Below are positions 1 to 7,471 of a DNA stretch of 37,672 nt, piece after piece. Under the pieces are notes generated by a model. That model was not told where the DNA came from and searched no databases. It saw only the letters and a list, made by a program, of their open reading frames with translations. Numbering within the stretch: position 1 is the first letter of the stretch; the number at the start of each line of letters is the position of its first letter. Source of the DNA: a virus (Duplodnaviria > Caudoviricetes); IMG/VR virus record IMGVR_UViG_3300033076_000668, positions 1 through 37,672 of that record; one strand, given 5' to 3'. Both the position numbers and the translations under genes were made by a program.

Positions 1-80
1 TCCACGATCTTGTGGGCTGCGCGGATCACCGTCTTGCTCATCTCGTTGAGCATCTTGATGTCGGGCAGCACGGTCATGGC
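1..80. repeat. Terminal direct repeat (circular assembly overlap), left copy
   Basis: 1-80 matches 37593-37672 with one mismatch (position 3 C vs 37595 G). 4-80 is an exact 77-nt match. Confidence 0.97.
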
Positions 81-896
81 AGGCGAGCGGCCATAGACCT
101 CCTTGGGGCCTGTGACGTAGCGGCCCACAGCGTAGGGCATCGAGTGGTAGCCGCCTTCACTCAGCAGCGTGCGGCCATCGAGCGCGATGTAGCACGAGGC
201 GTAGGGCATGCCGCGGTAGTCCTTGCGGCCGTAGTCCATGTCCTCACGCGGGCAGACCGCATGGATGAAGTCGAAGTTTTGCTCGGGGTTTTTCTCGACG
301 GCCTTCTGGATGATCTCGGGCAGCTTGGACAGGCCGAAGCGCTGGGCTGCCTGGCGAGCCGTCATCGGGAAGCGACGGTGAACTGTGTCGACCACGCCCT
401 GGTGGTTCTCGGCGATGTAGATCTCTGACAGAGGGATCGAGCGGTATCGGATGCCGCGGCCGATCATGTCATCGGTGAACATCGCGCCTGTGCCAAAGGC
501 GCCGAGCGCCATGTAGCACTCGTTGGCCTGGCTGGCGAAGTTGGCCTTCGGTGCGTAGCGCACCTGGAACAGGATCTTCGTGACCGCGTCCAGGTATTCC
601 TGCACCTCTTGGTTTTCGTCGAGCTCCTCGACGCCGGTCTTGAGCTTGTGCCAGCGCTGCGTGCGCGGCGTGAGCATGCTCTCCATGGCAGCGGCGAAGC
701 GCTCGAGGGCGAGGTTGGCTGTGGCGTCGAAGATGCGCTCGGTGTGCTTGTCACCGGGGTTGCGGTTGACGCGGAAGTGGTCGGCGCGAGGCAGGATGCG
801 CTCGGCGATTTCTCGCCAGTGGCTGTCGAAGACGGCACGGTCTGTGGCCATCTTCTCCTGGCGTCGGATGATGTCGTCTGCGCGTGAATCGGACAT
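1..896 (-). CDS. Portal (head-tail connector) protein, T7 gp8/BPP-1-like, 5' part (continues across the junction to 36833)
   Basis: ATG at 896 (MSDSRADDIIRRQEKMATDRAVFDSHWREIAERILP...IFDATANLALERFAAAMESMLTP...W) is in frame with the 36833-37669 ORF through the repeat, giving about 551 aa. It lies between terL and the scaffold/capsid genes. Confidence 0.92.
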   Translation of the reverse strand, partial: MSDSRADDIIRRQEKMATDRAVFDSHWREIAERILPRADHFRVNRNPGDKHTERIFDATANLALERFAAAMESMLTPRTQRWHKLKTGVEELDENQEVQEYLDAVTKILFQVRYAPKANFASQANECYMALGAFGTGAMFTDDMIGRGIRYRSIPLSEIYIAENHQGVVDTVHRRFPMTARQAAQRFGLSKLPEIIQKAVEKNPEQNFDFIHAVCPREDMDYGRKDYRGMPYASCYIALDGRTLLSEGGYHSMPYAVGRYVTGPKEVYGRSPAMTVLPDIKMLNEMSKTVIRAAHKIV

Positions 897-899
897 GGC

Positions 900-1706
900 T
901 TAAGCCCCTAGAAGTTGTTTGGTGCCGGTCGAGGCCGAGCCGTATCCCTTGGACAGGACGGCTGCGCCAGACAGGCGTGTGCGTTGCGAGGCTTTGGTCT
1001 GGAAGGCCATCACGTTCGAGATCTCATCGGCCGTGGCGCGCTTCTCGCCCTCGGTCCCGTCTTTCACCTTGTCGGGCGTGCCCGTGGTGGTTTGCTGCTG
1101 AACAATGCCTGGCGTCATTGCATTGACCAGCGCGGCCGTGCCGGTGGCCACAGAGCCAGCGGTCAGCAGGTCCTTGCCGGTGATGCCGTCCATCAGGCTG
1201 GGCGCGGCCTTGACGACAGGCTCGGTTGCGACCGCATCGGTAACCTTGGAGGCTGCTGCACCACCGGCTGCGGCTGACGATCCGCTCGAGGCCGCATCGC
1301 CCATGGTGGCAGGGCTTGAACCAGGACCACCCAGATCGATGCCTGAGACGGCTTCACCAGCACCTGCGGCGCCGGCGGCTGTGGCTGCTGCGTTGTCGGC
1401 CGCAACCGAATCGAGCATGCCCAAAGGCGTCTCGACAACGTTGCCGGCAGAGACAGCAGATGTCGTTGCGCCGGTCGCTTCGGCTGCGCCCGCTTCTCCA
1501 AGCGATGCACCGTCTGTCATGGCGGCCGCTGTGGCGATGATGGCAGCCTTGCCCAGATCAGAGCTGGCGATGTCCTTGCCCAGGTCGATGACGCCTTGAC
1601 CGGCATCGCCCACCTTGTCTTTGACGTCATTTGCCGTGTCGACAACAACGTCTGCAACTTTGAGCGGCGCCGCGACGACGCTTCGGAAAAAACTGCCCCA
1701 GCCCAT
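900..1706 (-). CDS. Ala/Gly-rich putative virion protein (position of T7 gp6.7/gp7.3)
   Basis: 268-aa ORF tightly packed between terL and portal. C-terminus is TGTKQLLGA. Confidence 0.65.
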   Translation of the reverse strand: MGWGSFFRSVVAAPLKVADVVVDTANDVKDKVGDAGQGVIDLGKDIASSDLGKAAIIATAAAMTDGASLGEAGAAEATGATTSAVSAGNVVETPLGMLDSVAADNAAATAAGAAGAGEAVSGIDLGGPGSSPATMGDAASSGSSAAAGGAAASKVTDAVATEPVVKAAPSLMDGITGKDLLTAGSVATGTAALVNAMTPGIVQQQTTTGTPDKVKDGTEGEKRATADEISNVMAFQTKASQRTRLSGAAVLSKGYGSASTGTKQLLGA

Positions 1707-1707
1707 G

Positions 1708-1926
1708 TCAGGCTCCCAGCAGTTTCTTCGTGCCCGTCTCGACCGGCGTCAGGTCACCCTGTTGGCTGGTCAAAACGCTGGCAGCGCGGCCGCGTCGATC
1801 GATCACGGCGTCTTGCGTCTGCTGGGCAGCGCGAGCCACGTCGATGGTGGGTGCTGGTGTTGGAGCTGGTGGTGGTGGCAGCGGAGCAGCAACAACCTGT
1901 TTCGGAGATTTGAACAAACCGCCCAT
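1708..1926 (-). CDS. Small Pro-rich putative virion protein (gp7.3-like position)
   Basis: MGGLFKSPK...PPPPPAPTP...RRGRAASVLT...TGTKKLLGA. AGGA lies upstream of ATG 1926; alternative start at 1935. Confidence 0.7.
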   Translation of the reverse strand: MGGLFKSPKQVVAAPLPPPPAPTPAPTIDVARAAQQTQDAVIDRRGRAASVLTSQQGDLTPVETGTKKLLGA

Positions 1927-1931
1927 GTTGG

Positions 1932-3326
1932 TCATCCTAGAATTGAATAATCGGAAATTGCGGTTGCCTGCCGGAACGCAGACCGCTCTCGCTTCACCAG
2001 GGTTCGCGCTTCACCCGCGCCGACCAGCATGTATTGCCCAGCCTCGCAGACGTGAGAATACATGCCTTTGTCCGGCACGTCCCTGTAGCGCTCTTCACCA
2101 GTGACTTGTAGACGCTTGTAATTGTAGCCCCCGGCCATGCCTTTGCGTAAAGTCTTGCATTGCGGGTGCACGATCAGACCAGGCTCGCCATCGATCAGGC
2201 GTGACAGACACGAGGCCACGCTCTCGCGCCGCTTGGTGTAGTCGTTGGTGGGCGCGGGCCTGGCTTCGATCGAGGCAGCGCGCAGGATCTGAAACGGGGT
2301 CGATTCATCGGTCTGGGCACGGCCTTCACCTGCCGGGTCGCCGGTAATCGCAGCGAAGGTCATGCCCTGGTAGCGCTCGTGCATCACGTTGCGCATGAGC
2401 TCGGCAAAGCGCTTGGCGCCCATGTCCTCGGTCACCAGCTCGCTGTGCCAGCGCCATTGGCCCATGGGTGACTTCTGGCCAAACACGGCAGCAGGCGTGA
2501 GCCCGAAGTCGATGCCGACATAGACAGGCCACGAGCGCACGAGCTCGAACTCACGACAATGCAGGCTGTCTTTGTATTCGGGATAGATCGGCTTGCCGTC
2601 GCGCACGAAGCCGTATTCGCCATGGACGTAGACCTTGATCCAGTCCTCGTCCTTGCCGGCGATCTGGCGCTCGTAGTAGTTGGGCGGCAGGTTCTCGCGG
2701 TTCTCAGCGTTCTCGGCCAGGCCTGACGGCTGACGGAAGAAGGCCCAGCCCTCGGGGTGCACCTCTTCGGCGAGCTTATACCACCAATGGTCATTGTCGG
2801 GCGGGTTGGTCGAGGCCAGCAGACCGGACCAGGTGCAGCCGCCCATCATCATCGAAGGGTAACGGCCAACACGGCCGGTGAGCCCGTCGATCACAGCCTT
2901 GGGCACTTCGCGTGCCTCGTCGATCCAGGCGCCGGTCAGTTCCATGCCCAGCAGCTTGGCCACGTCATCAGGCCGATCGAGCGACACGAAGATCACCTCG
3001 ATGTCGAGCTCGCCTTCCTGGATGTGGTGCATCGGTGGGCCGGTATCGACCCAGCGGCCGATCGATGGCGGGACCCATTGATGCCAGGTCTTGATCGTGG
3101 TGGTGCGCAGCTCGGGGTAGGTGTTGCGAACGACAGCCCAGCGGCTGCGCCTCTTGCCATCGATGCCGATGCGCTGGTCCTTCGCCTTGCGCAGGATCTC
3201 CATCACGCAGACGGTCGACTTGCCAGATCCGAACGGGCCCATGATGCCGCGGAAGAAGCTGTCGTCGAGCATGAAGGCTCGAGACACAGGGCCCGGTGGC
3301 CGGTAGTTGATCTGGGTCGCGCTCAC
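1932..3326 (-). CDS. terL: Terminase large subunit
   Basis: Walker A GPFGSGKS, Walker B AWIDEARE, coupling motif STNPP, nuclease motif GIDFGLTPA, C-terminal SHVCEAGQY. Confidence 0.95.
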   Translation of the reverse strand: MSATQINYRPPGPVSRAFMLDDSFFRGIMGPFGSGKSTVCVMEILRKAKDQRIGIDGKRRSRWAVVRNTYPELRTTTIKTWHQWVPPSIGRWVDTGPPMHHIQEGELDIEVIFVSLDRPDDVAKLLGMELTGAWIDEAREVPKAVIDGLTGRVGRYPSMMMGGCTWSGLLASTNPPDNDHWWYKLAEEVHPEGWAFFRQPSGLAENAENRENLPPNYYERQIAGKDEDWIKVYVHGEYGFVRDGKPIYPEYKDSLHCREFELVRSWPVYVGIDFGLTPAAVFGQKSPMGQWRWHSELVTEDMGAKRFAELMRNVMHERYQGMTFAAITGDPAGEGRAQTDESTPFQILRAASIEARPAPTNDYTKRRESVASCLSRLIDGEPGLIVHPQCKTLRKGMAGGYNYKRLQVTGEERYRDVPDKGMYSHVCEAGQYMLVGAGEARTLVKRERSAFRQATAISDYSILG

Positions 3327-3424
3327 TCTTCGCTACCCCTTGCGCACAAGATGGCAGCGGTCAGGAAGCCGGCGCCAGCGCCGAACCAGACAGCGACCAG
3401 GTGCGTGGCGAAGGTCCAGATCAT
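3323..3424 (-). CDS. Small membrane protein (33 aa)
   Basis: MIWTFATHLVAVWFGAGAGFLTAAILCARGSEE, with 4-nt start/stop overlaps at both ends. Confidence 0.55.
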   Translation of the reverse strand: MIWTFATHLVAVWFGAGAGFLTAAILCARGSEE

Positions 3425-3741
3425 TCGGCCCTCGCGACGCTCACGACACCAGGCACGCTGCGCATGTAGGCCGGCAGCTCGCGGCGTGATGCTGGGCGCT
3501 CGAGGATCTCGTCGAGCTGCTCCTTGTCGGCCAAGGCTTCTTTGATCGCGGTGGCTGCTGGCAATGCGTGGTCTGTATATGCTTTGAAAGCCGAATCCCA
3601 CAGTCTTTGATGGTATACATCTGTTGTGGGTCTTGCGCCACGTTCTGCTAGTTCATCCTTTAAGGCCAACATTTCTGTTGTCACTTTCTCCAACGCTTCA
3701 AGCGCCAGCTTCAACGCCTTCTCTGCTTTGTCCTGGTTCAT
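3421..3741 (-). CDS. Hypothetical protein (106 aa)
   Basis: ATG 3741 overlaps the terS stop (ATGA) and follows AAGGAGG. Sequence MNQDKAEKALKLALEALE. Confidence 0.7.
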   Translation of the reverse strand: MNQDKAEKALKLALEALEKVTTEMLALKDELAERGARPTTDVYHQRLWDSAFKAYTDHALPAATAIKEALADKEQLDEILERPASRRELPAYMRSVPGVVSVARAE

Positions 3742-4205
3742 GCCTGGGCCTCCTTGCCGATGTCGATGTTGATGGCTAGGCCCACAGCTTTGCCGCCAGA
3801 GGTCAGGTCGACCTTGTCGCCCCAGCGCCGCGGGTTCCACTTGGCCAACAGCTTCAAGCGCAGCTCTGCGCGGTTCTTGAGCCAGGTCACATGCGCGCTG
3901 TCGCGGTGATAGCTCTCACTATCCTTGCCTGAACTGCCGGCCATCTCGGCCACGGTGTCGATGATCTCGAGCGCTTCTTGTGCAATGGCATCCTCGCCAA
4001 GCTCTCGTGCGCGTGCGAAGCGTGCGGAGAAGTCTTCGTCTTTCTCCAACCAATCGTAGACTGTGCGCCAAGAAGGATTGCCTTCAATGCGACAGTAATC
4101 GCGAAGTGTTTTGCCATGACTGATCCACTCGACGATCTCGTCGGCCTTGTCTTGGGGCACAGGCTCGGGAGGTCGGCCCATGCGCTTTTTCGATTCGGTA
4201 GTCAT
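3738..4205 (-). CDS. terS: Terminase small subunit
   Basis: GRPP followed by an HTH (GKTLRDYCRIEGNPSWRTVYDWL), ARARELGEDAIAQEALEIID and LLAKWNPRRWGDK, resembling Sf6-type TerS. Upstream of terL. Confidence 0.88.
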   Translation of the reverse strand: MTTESKKRMGRPPEPVPQDKADEIVEWISHGKTLRDYCRIEGNPSWRTVYDWLEKDEDFSARFARARELGEDAIAQEALEIIDTVAEMAGSSGKDSESYHRDSAHVTWLKNRAELRLKLLAKWNPRRWGDKVDLTSGGKAVGLAINIDIGKEAQA

Positions 4206-4211
4206 GTGGAC

Positions 4212-4240
4212 ATTCTAATCATTGATGAGATTTACGCAAC
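4212..4240 (-). promoter_or_regulatory. Putative sigma70 promoter for terS and the structural operon, overlapped by a 17-bp operator
   Basis: TTGCGT (4239-4234)-16 bp-TAGAAT (4217-4212). Operator GTTGCGTAAATCTCATC at 4240-4224. Confidence 0.55.
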
Positions 4241-4462
4241 ACCGGGGTCAAGTGACATCCAGCAGCCGTGTTCTCCACGGTTGCCAAGCATCCACTGCTC
4301 GACCACGTCGTCCTGCAGCTTTTGACGGGCTACACGGCCTCGAGCCTTCTCGACCTTGTCCAGGTATTCCCAGGCCCAATTAGACCCGTTCCTGGCCCGT
4401 TTGAGAAGGATGTCGCGCACTTCGCATTGGTGGCGGTATTCTTCGGTCCAGGTCGAGCTCAT
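4232..4462 (-). CDS. Hypothetical phage protein (76 aa)
   Basis: ORF coupled by ATGA overlap, with EEYRHQCEVR...QWMLGNRG. Confidence 0.7.
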   Translation of the reverse strand: MSSTWTEEYRHQCEVRDILLKRARNGSNWAWEYLDKVEKARGRVARQKLQDDVVEQWMLGNRGEHGCWMSLDPGVA

Positions 4463-4548
4463 ATCTTTCCCATCCCGCGTGCGTGTCCGATGATGTAGCC
4501 GGCGATAAAGCCCACCACGATGTAGGCCCAGGCTGCGAGGTCGCTCAT
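4459..4548 (-). CDS. Small membrane protein (29 aa)
   Basis: MSDLAAWAYIVVGFIAGYIIGHARGMGKI, with GGAG RBS and ATGA overlaps. Confidence 0.55.
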   Translation of the reverse strand: MSDLAAWAYIVVGFIAGYIIGHARGMGKI

Positions 4549-4736
4549 TTCGTTTTCTCCATGGGATTGTCGAAGCTGAATTTTCGATAGCCCCGCTTCG
4601 GCCTGGGCTGGGTGATCACCGTCTCGATGGTCTTGAAGGTGTGCAGGTTGAAGCACTCGCGGGTCCTGGTGGTCAGGCCAGATTCGGTGCGTGTTGCCTT
4701 GACGTCGGTCGGCGCGTTGCAGAGCGGGCACTTCAT
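4545..4736 (-). CDS. Zinc-ribbon protein (Ogr/Delta- or NrdR-N-like), possible transcription regulator
   Basis: MKCPLC...TRTRECFNLHTFKTIE gives a CxxC...CxxxH pattern. Confidence 0.65.
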   Translation of the reverse strand: MKCPLCNAPTDVKATRTESGLTTRTRECFNLHTFKTIETVITQPRPKRGYRKFSFDNPMEKTK

Positions 4737-4879
4737 TTCGGCCCCTTGCACTCGTGAAAGAACGCGGCGTCGCGGTCCTTGAGGTTTGGCCAGATCCGCT
4801 GGCAGCTCTTGCACCGGTAGGCGTAGCGCACCTCGACGCTGCGGCCGCGGCCGTAGTAGGTCTTGATGATCTCGATCAC
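4733..4879 (-). CDS. Small Cys/His protein (48 aa)
   Basis: GTG start, IEIIKTYYGRG...YRCKSC...HECKGPK. Its stop overlaps the next ATG. Confidence 0.5.
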   Translation of the reverse strand: MIEIIKTYYGRGRSVEVRYAYRCKSCQRIWPNLKDRDAAFFHECKGPK

Positions 4880-4880
4880 C

Positions 4881-4997
4881 TCAGTCCTCCAGCCAGGTGA
4901 AGTCGAACAGGATCGCGAACACCACGGCGACGAAGATGCTGACCGATCCGAAGATCAGGCCCAGCAGCGTGAGCAGGGATTGTGCTTCTGGGCTCAT
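4881..4997 (-). CDS. Small membrane protein (38 aa)
   Basis: MSPEAQSLLTLLGLIFGSVSIFVAVVFAILFDFTWLED, with GGAGG RBS and ATGA overlap. Confidence 0.55.
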   Translation of the reverse strand: MSPEAQSLLTLLGLIFGSVSIFVAVVFAILFDFTWLED

Positions 4998-5455
4998 GCT
5001 GCCTCCACCAGGTTGTGGTGCAGCGCCTCGCGTGCAAAGCGCAGGCTGACGGGTCGGACCTTCTCGCCGGCCTCGTGCCTGGCCATGATCACCTTGGCCC
5101 AGGCTTTGTGATCGATGAGCGCCGGCCGCGACTTCACAACCTCGCGCAGCTTGGCGAACTCAGCTTTCACGCGCTCGGGGTCAGCCTTGACGTGCGTGAT
5201 CGCCGGCGTGTCGTCCTTGCGTGGCGCCATACGACAGAACTGCTTGAACTCGATCGCGTTGGGAGCTCGAGGTGGCAGGTTCTCCAATGCCCAGGCGATG
5301 CACTCGAGGTGCTGCGCATAAGGCGCCAGCTCGTGGGCCCAGAGGGTCTTGACGTCGCTGATGGGCGTGCCTTCCCACATCGATGTCCATTGCTTGCCGT
5401 AGGTCGCGCCGAGGCGCTCGAACAGGCGGTCGATTGCTTTCATGGGTAGGCTCAT
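4994..5455 (-). CDS. Putative replication protein P-like / helicase loader
   Basis: IDRLFERLGATYGKQW...WAHEL...LPPRAPNAIEFKQFCR. Coupled directly downstream of the initiator gene. Confidence 0.65.
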   Translation of the reverse strand: MSLPMKAIDRLFERLGATYGKQWTSMWEGTPISDVKTLWAHELAPYAQHLECIAWALENLPPRAPNAIEFKQFCRMAPRKDDTPAITHVKADPERVKAEFAKLREVVKSRPALIDHKAWAKVIMARHEAGEKVRPVSLRFAREALHHNLVEAA

Positions 5456-6243
5456 TGCTCGATCTCCAAAGTGGTGGTGGTTGCTTCGATCACGTTGGGA
5501 TCGTTCTCGGTTGGCCACTTGCGGCCTGTCATCTCTTCCCAGCGCTCGCGCTTGAGGCGCTGGTCCCGCTCGTAAAAACTCTCGGCGCTCGGGGCTGTTT
5601 GTTTCTGAAACCAGTCGGCTCGAAAGCCGGCCCAGCCTCTTTCGCAGCACACGGTCAGCGCCTGCTCGAGGTCCAACCCTGCCTTCACGGCCTCGCGTCT
5701 GATGCCAAGGACGGCCAGGTCTGTGATGGCTGCGCGCTTGGACTTGCGCACCAGGACGAAGGATTGCCAAACCTGGTCGGACACATCGGTCGGCTTTTTC
5801 ACCGGCGCGCTTATCTTCTTCGAAGAAGAAGATGGTGACTGGTGTTTGGTGTCTGGTGTCTGGTGAGCATTGCCTTCGCTATGCGTTCGCATTGCGTTGG
5901 CATTGCGATCGGTATGCTGCGGCTCGCGATTCCAGCGTGCCTCCGCACTACGCTTGGCCTTGTTTTGCTTGTCCCTGTAGCGTGCAATTTCCTCGTCGCA
6001 GCGCTTGTTGTGCCAGCCGTCGTCGCGCATCTCGAAGAACTCTGCGAGCACGACCTCGACGGCCTCTCGCTCCTCTTTTGTGCGGGCGCCAACAAGGCGC
6101 TGGGTGGCAGCCAGGTCAGCCGGCAGCGGCTTTTCCTGGGCGTAGTATTTTCTGATGAGCCTGCTGTAGGCAGCATCTTCCACAAACGACAGATGCGCGG
6201 TCGCCTGCGCATAGTCGCCGAGGTGATGCTCGTAGTAGTTCAT
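5452..6243 (-). CDS. Replication initiator, YdaU/DUF1376 family (lambda O analogue)
   Basis: MNYYEHHLGDYAQATAHLSFVEDAAYSRLIRKYY...FF...GWHNKRCDEEI, C-terminal RGWAGF, and internal iterons. Confidence 0.88.
   Translation of the reverse strand: MNYYEHHLGDYAQATAHLSFVEDAAYSRLIRKYYAQEKPLPADLAATQRLVGARTKEEREAVEVVLAEFFEMRDDGWHNKRCDEEIARYRDKQNKAKRSAEARWNREPQHTDRNANAMRTHSEGNAHQTPDTKHQSPSSSSKKISAPVKKPTDVSDQVWQSFVLVRKSKRAAITDLAVLGIRREAVKAGLDLEQALTVCCERGWAGFRADWFQKQTAPSAESFYERDQRLKRERWEEMTGRKWPTENDPNVIEATTTTLEIEQ
5833..5918. repeat. Iteron-like repeats, putative replication origin
   Basis: Minus strand shows 11-bp units CGCAATGCCAA/CGCAATGCGAA/CGCATAGCGAA/GGCAATGCTCA, then 7-bp units CACCAGA/CACCAGA/CACCAAA/CACCAGT, inside the initiator gene. 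Confidence 0.7.
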
Positions 6244-6252
6244 ACGGTCCCC

Positions 6253-6362
6253 AAATAAAAAAGGGATTTCACCTGCGTCCTCATCCTTGCGAATGTTGGC
6301 GGATCGGTGCAGCACCGACAGGACGCATGTGAAACCCCGCTGCAATACGCCGCCAAGCGTGG
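6253..6362 (-). ncRNA. Structured cis-regulatory RNA leader of the replication initiator (multi-stem junction, pseudoknot, U-tract)
   Basis: Stem 6338-6320 pairs with 6281-6263. Inner hairpins are TCGGTG/CACCGA and CATTC-GCAA-GGATG. TTGGCGG (6356-6350) is complementary to CCGCCAA (6302-6296). TTTTTTATTT follows, and TACAAT lies at 6373-6368. Confidence 0.65.
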
Positions 6363-6403
6363 GAATTATTGTAGCTCACTTTCTGACGCGATGCTTACTG
6401 GCG

Positions 6404-6799
6404 TCAAAACGGGATGTCGTCGTCCATGTCGTCGACTGGACCGCCGGCAGGTGCAGCAGCTTGAGCAGGTGCAGGACGGCCAGGCGAGCCTTCGGACTTG
6501 GGTGGCAGGTCGAGCTCATTCACGGTCAGGCGCAGCACGGTCTTGGGGGCGCCGGTGGCCTTGTCCTGGTAGGTGTCGAGCTTGAGCGATCCAGACACGG
6601 TCACGCGGCTGCCCTTCTTGAGGTAGGGCTGCACGGCCTGGCCACGCTTGCCCCACATCGAGCAGTCGACCCACATGGTCTGGTCGGTGTCGCGGTTGCC
6701 CGTCTTCACGCCGATCGAGAACGACAGCACGCTGTCGGTGTTGGTCTGTCTCATCTCGGGGTCGCGCCCCAGGTTGCCGCTAAAAATTCCAAGGTTCAT
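6404..6799 (-). CDS. ssb: Single-stranded DNA-binding protein
   Basis: GNLGRDPEMR...W..CSMWGKRG..V..YLKKGSRVTVSG, with acidic tail DDMDDDIPF. Confidence 0.96.
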   Translation of the reverse strand: MNLGIFSGNLGRDPEMRQTNTDSVLSFSIGVKTGNRDTDQTMWVDCSMWGKRGQAVQPYLKKGSRVTVSGSLKLDTYQDKATGAPKTVLRLTVNELDLPPKSEGSPGRPAPAQAAAPAGGPVDDMDDDIPF

Positions 6800-7167
6800 A
6801 GGTTCTCCAGTTGAGTGATTGTGATCTCGACCTGGCCAGGCTTGGACGATGGCAAGCGAGCGATGGCGATCGCGTCGAACTGGCTGTCGTCTTCGATGAC
6901 GCCGGCGTGCGTCAGGCTGTCGAGGAGGGATTTGAGAATGTTGTCCAGATCGCGCTGGCGCTTGTCCGGAGGCGTGGCCTTGATCTCGATGCCGAGCCGA
7001 CCTTTCATGGGACTGTGGATAGCGTGGACAAAAAGTAATTCAGCAACATTTAATCGATACGCTCGGCCCTCGGCGCTGATTAGATGCCTACCAGCCAACG
7101 GCCCCCGCGTTGGATGGCGCCAGTACGAGTTGACCGATGGTGGCCATGGAAGGGTCATCTCGATCAC
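6796..7167 (-). CDS. rusA: Holliday junction resolvase RusA
   Basis: LPWPPSVNSYWR, PPDKRQRDLDNILKSLLDSLTHAGVIEDDSQ. Confidence 0.95.
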   Translation of the reverse strand: MIEMTLPWPPSVNSYWRHPTRGPLAGRHLISAEGRAYRLNVAELLFVHAIHSPMKGRLGIEIKATPPDKRQRDLDNILKSLLDSLTHAGVIEDDSQFDAIAIARLPSSKPGQVEITITQLENL

Positions 7168-7385
7168 ACGACCTCGCGTCCAAAAACGATGTCATGCGCG
7201 GTCAGGTCGATCCCTCTCATCCAAGCCAACTCCAAGATTGGGCGCTGCCAAACTGCTGGCACTAGACCGGTCTTGCTCCAGCGGGACACAGTCGATGCGT
7301 CACATTCAAGCAGTCGCGCCATCGGGCGCACACCACCAAAGGCGGCCACAACCAAGCGAGAAGGTGGAATCAAAGCGTTGCTCAT
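7164..7385 (-). CDS. cro: Cro-like HTH repressor
   Basis: FGGVRPMARLLECDASTVSRWSKTGLVP forms an HTH. Divergent from the cI-like gene. Confidence 0.8.
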   Translation of the reverse strand: MSNALIPPSRLVVAAFGGVRPMARLLECDASTVSRWSKTGLVPAVWQRPILELAWMRGIDLTAHDIVFGREVV

Positions 7386-7460
7386 ATCGCAACATTATGC
7401 CTAATTCTCATCAACGGGTCAAAGCAGCGCACAGTTGCCCGCTGGTGCGAATCGTGCAAT
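7377..7460. promoter_or_regulatory. Lysis/lysogeny switch: PR-like promoter and operators
   Basis: Minus-strand TTGACC (7422-7417)-17 bp-CATAAT (7399-7394). 17-bp imperfect palindromes at 7377-7393 (GTTGCTCATATCGCAAC), 7396-7412 and, more weakly, 7444-7460. Confidence 0.7.
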
Positions 7461-7471
7461 CTGATGCGATC

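Noticed and set aside
1-80. Biological direct terminal repeat (T7-type)
   Set aside because: It falls mid-portal and the exact match is 77 nt, which fits an assembly overlap.
5833-5918. CRISPR array or protein repeat
   Set aside because: The units are 7-11 bp tandem repeats with no spacers, and the periods are not multiples of three. Iterons fit better.
6244-6345. Upstream extension of the initiator ORF (297-aa call)
   Set aside because: The family-typical start MNYY is at 6243, and the extension coincides with the structured RNA leader.
6815-7471. 417-aa version of the repressor ORF
   Set aside because: The extension runs antisense through rusA, cro and the operators. The HTH starts right after ATG 7472.
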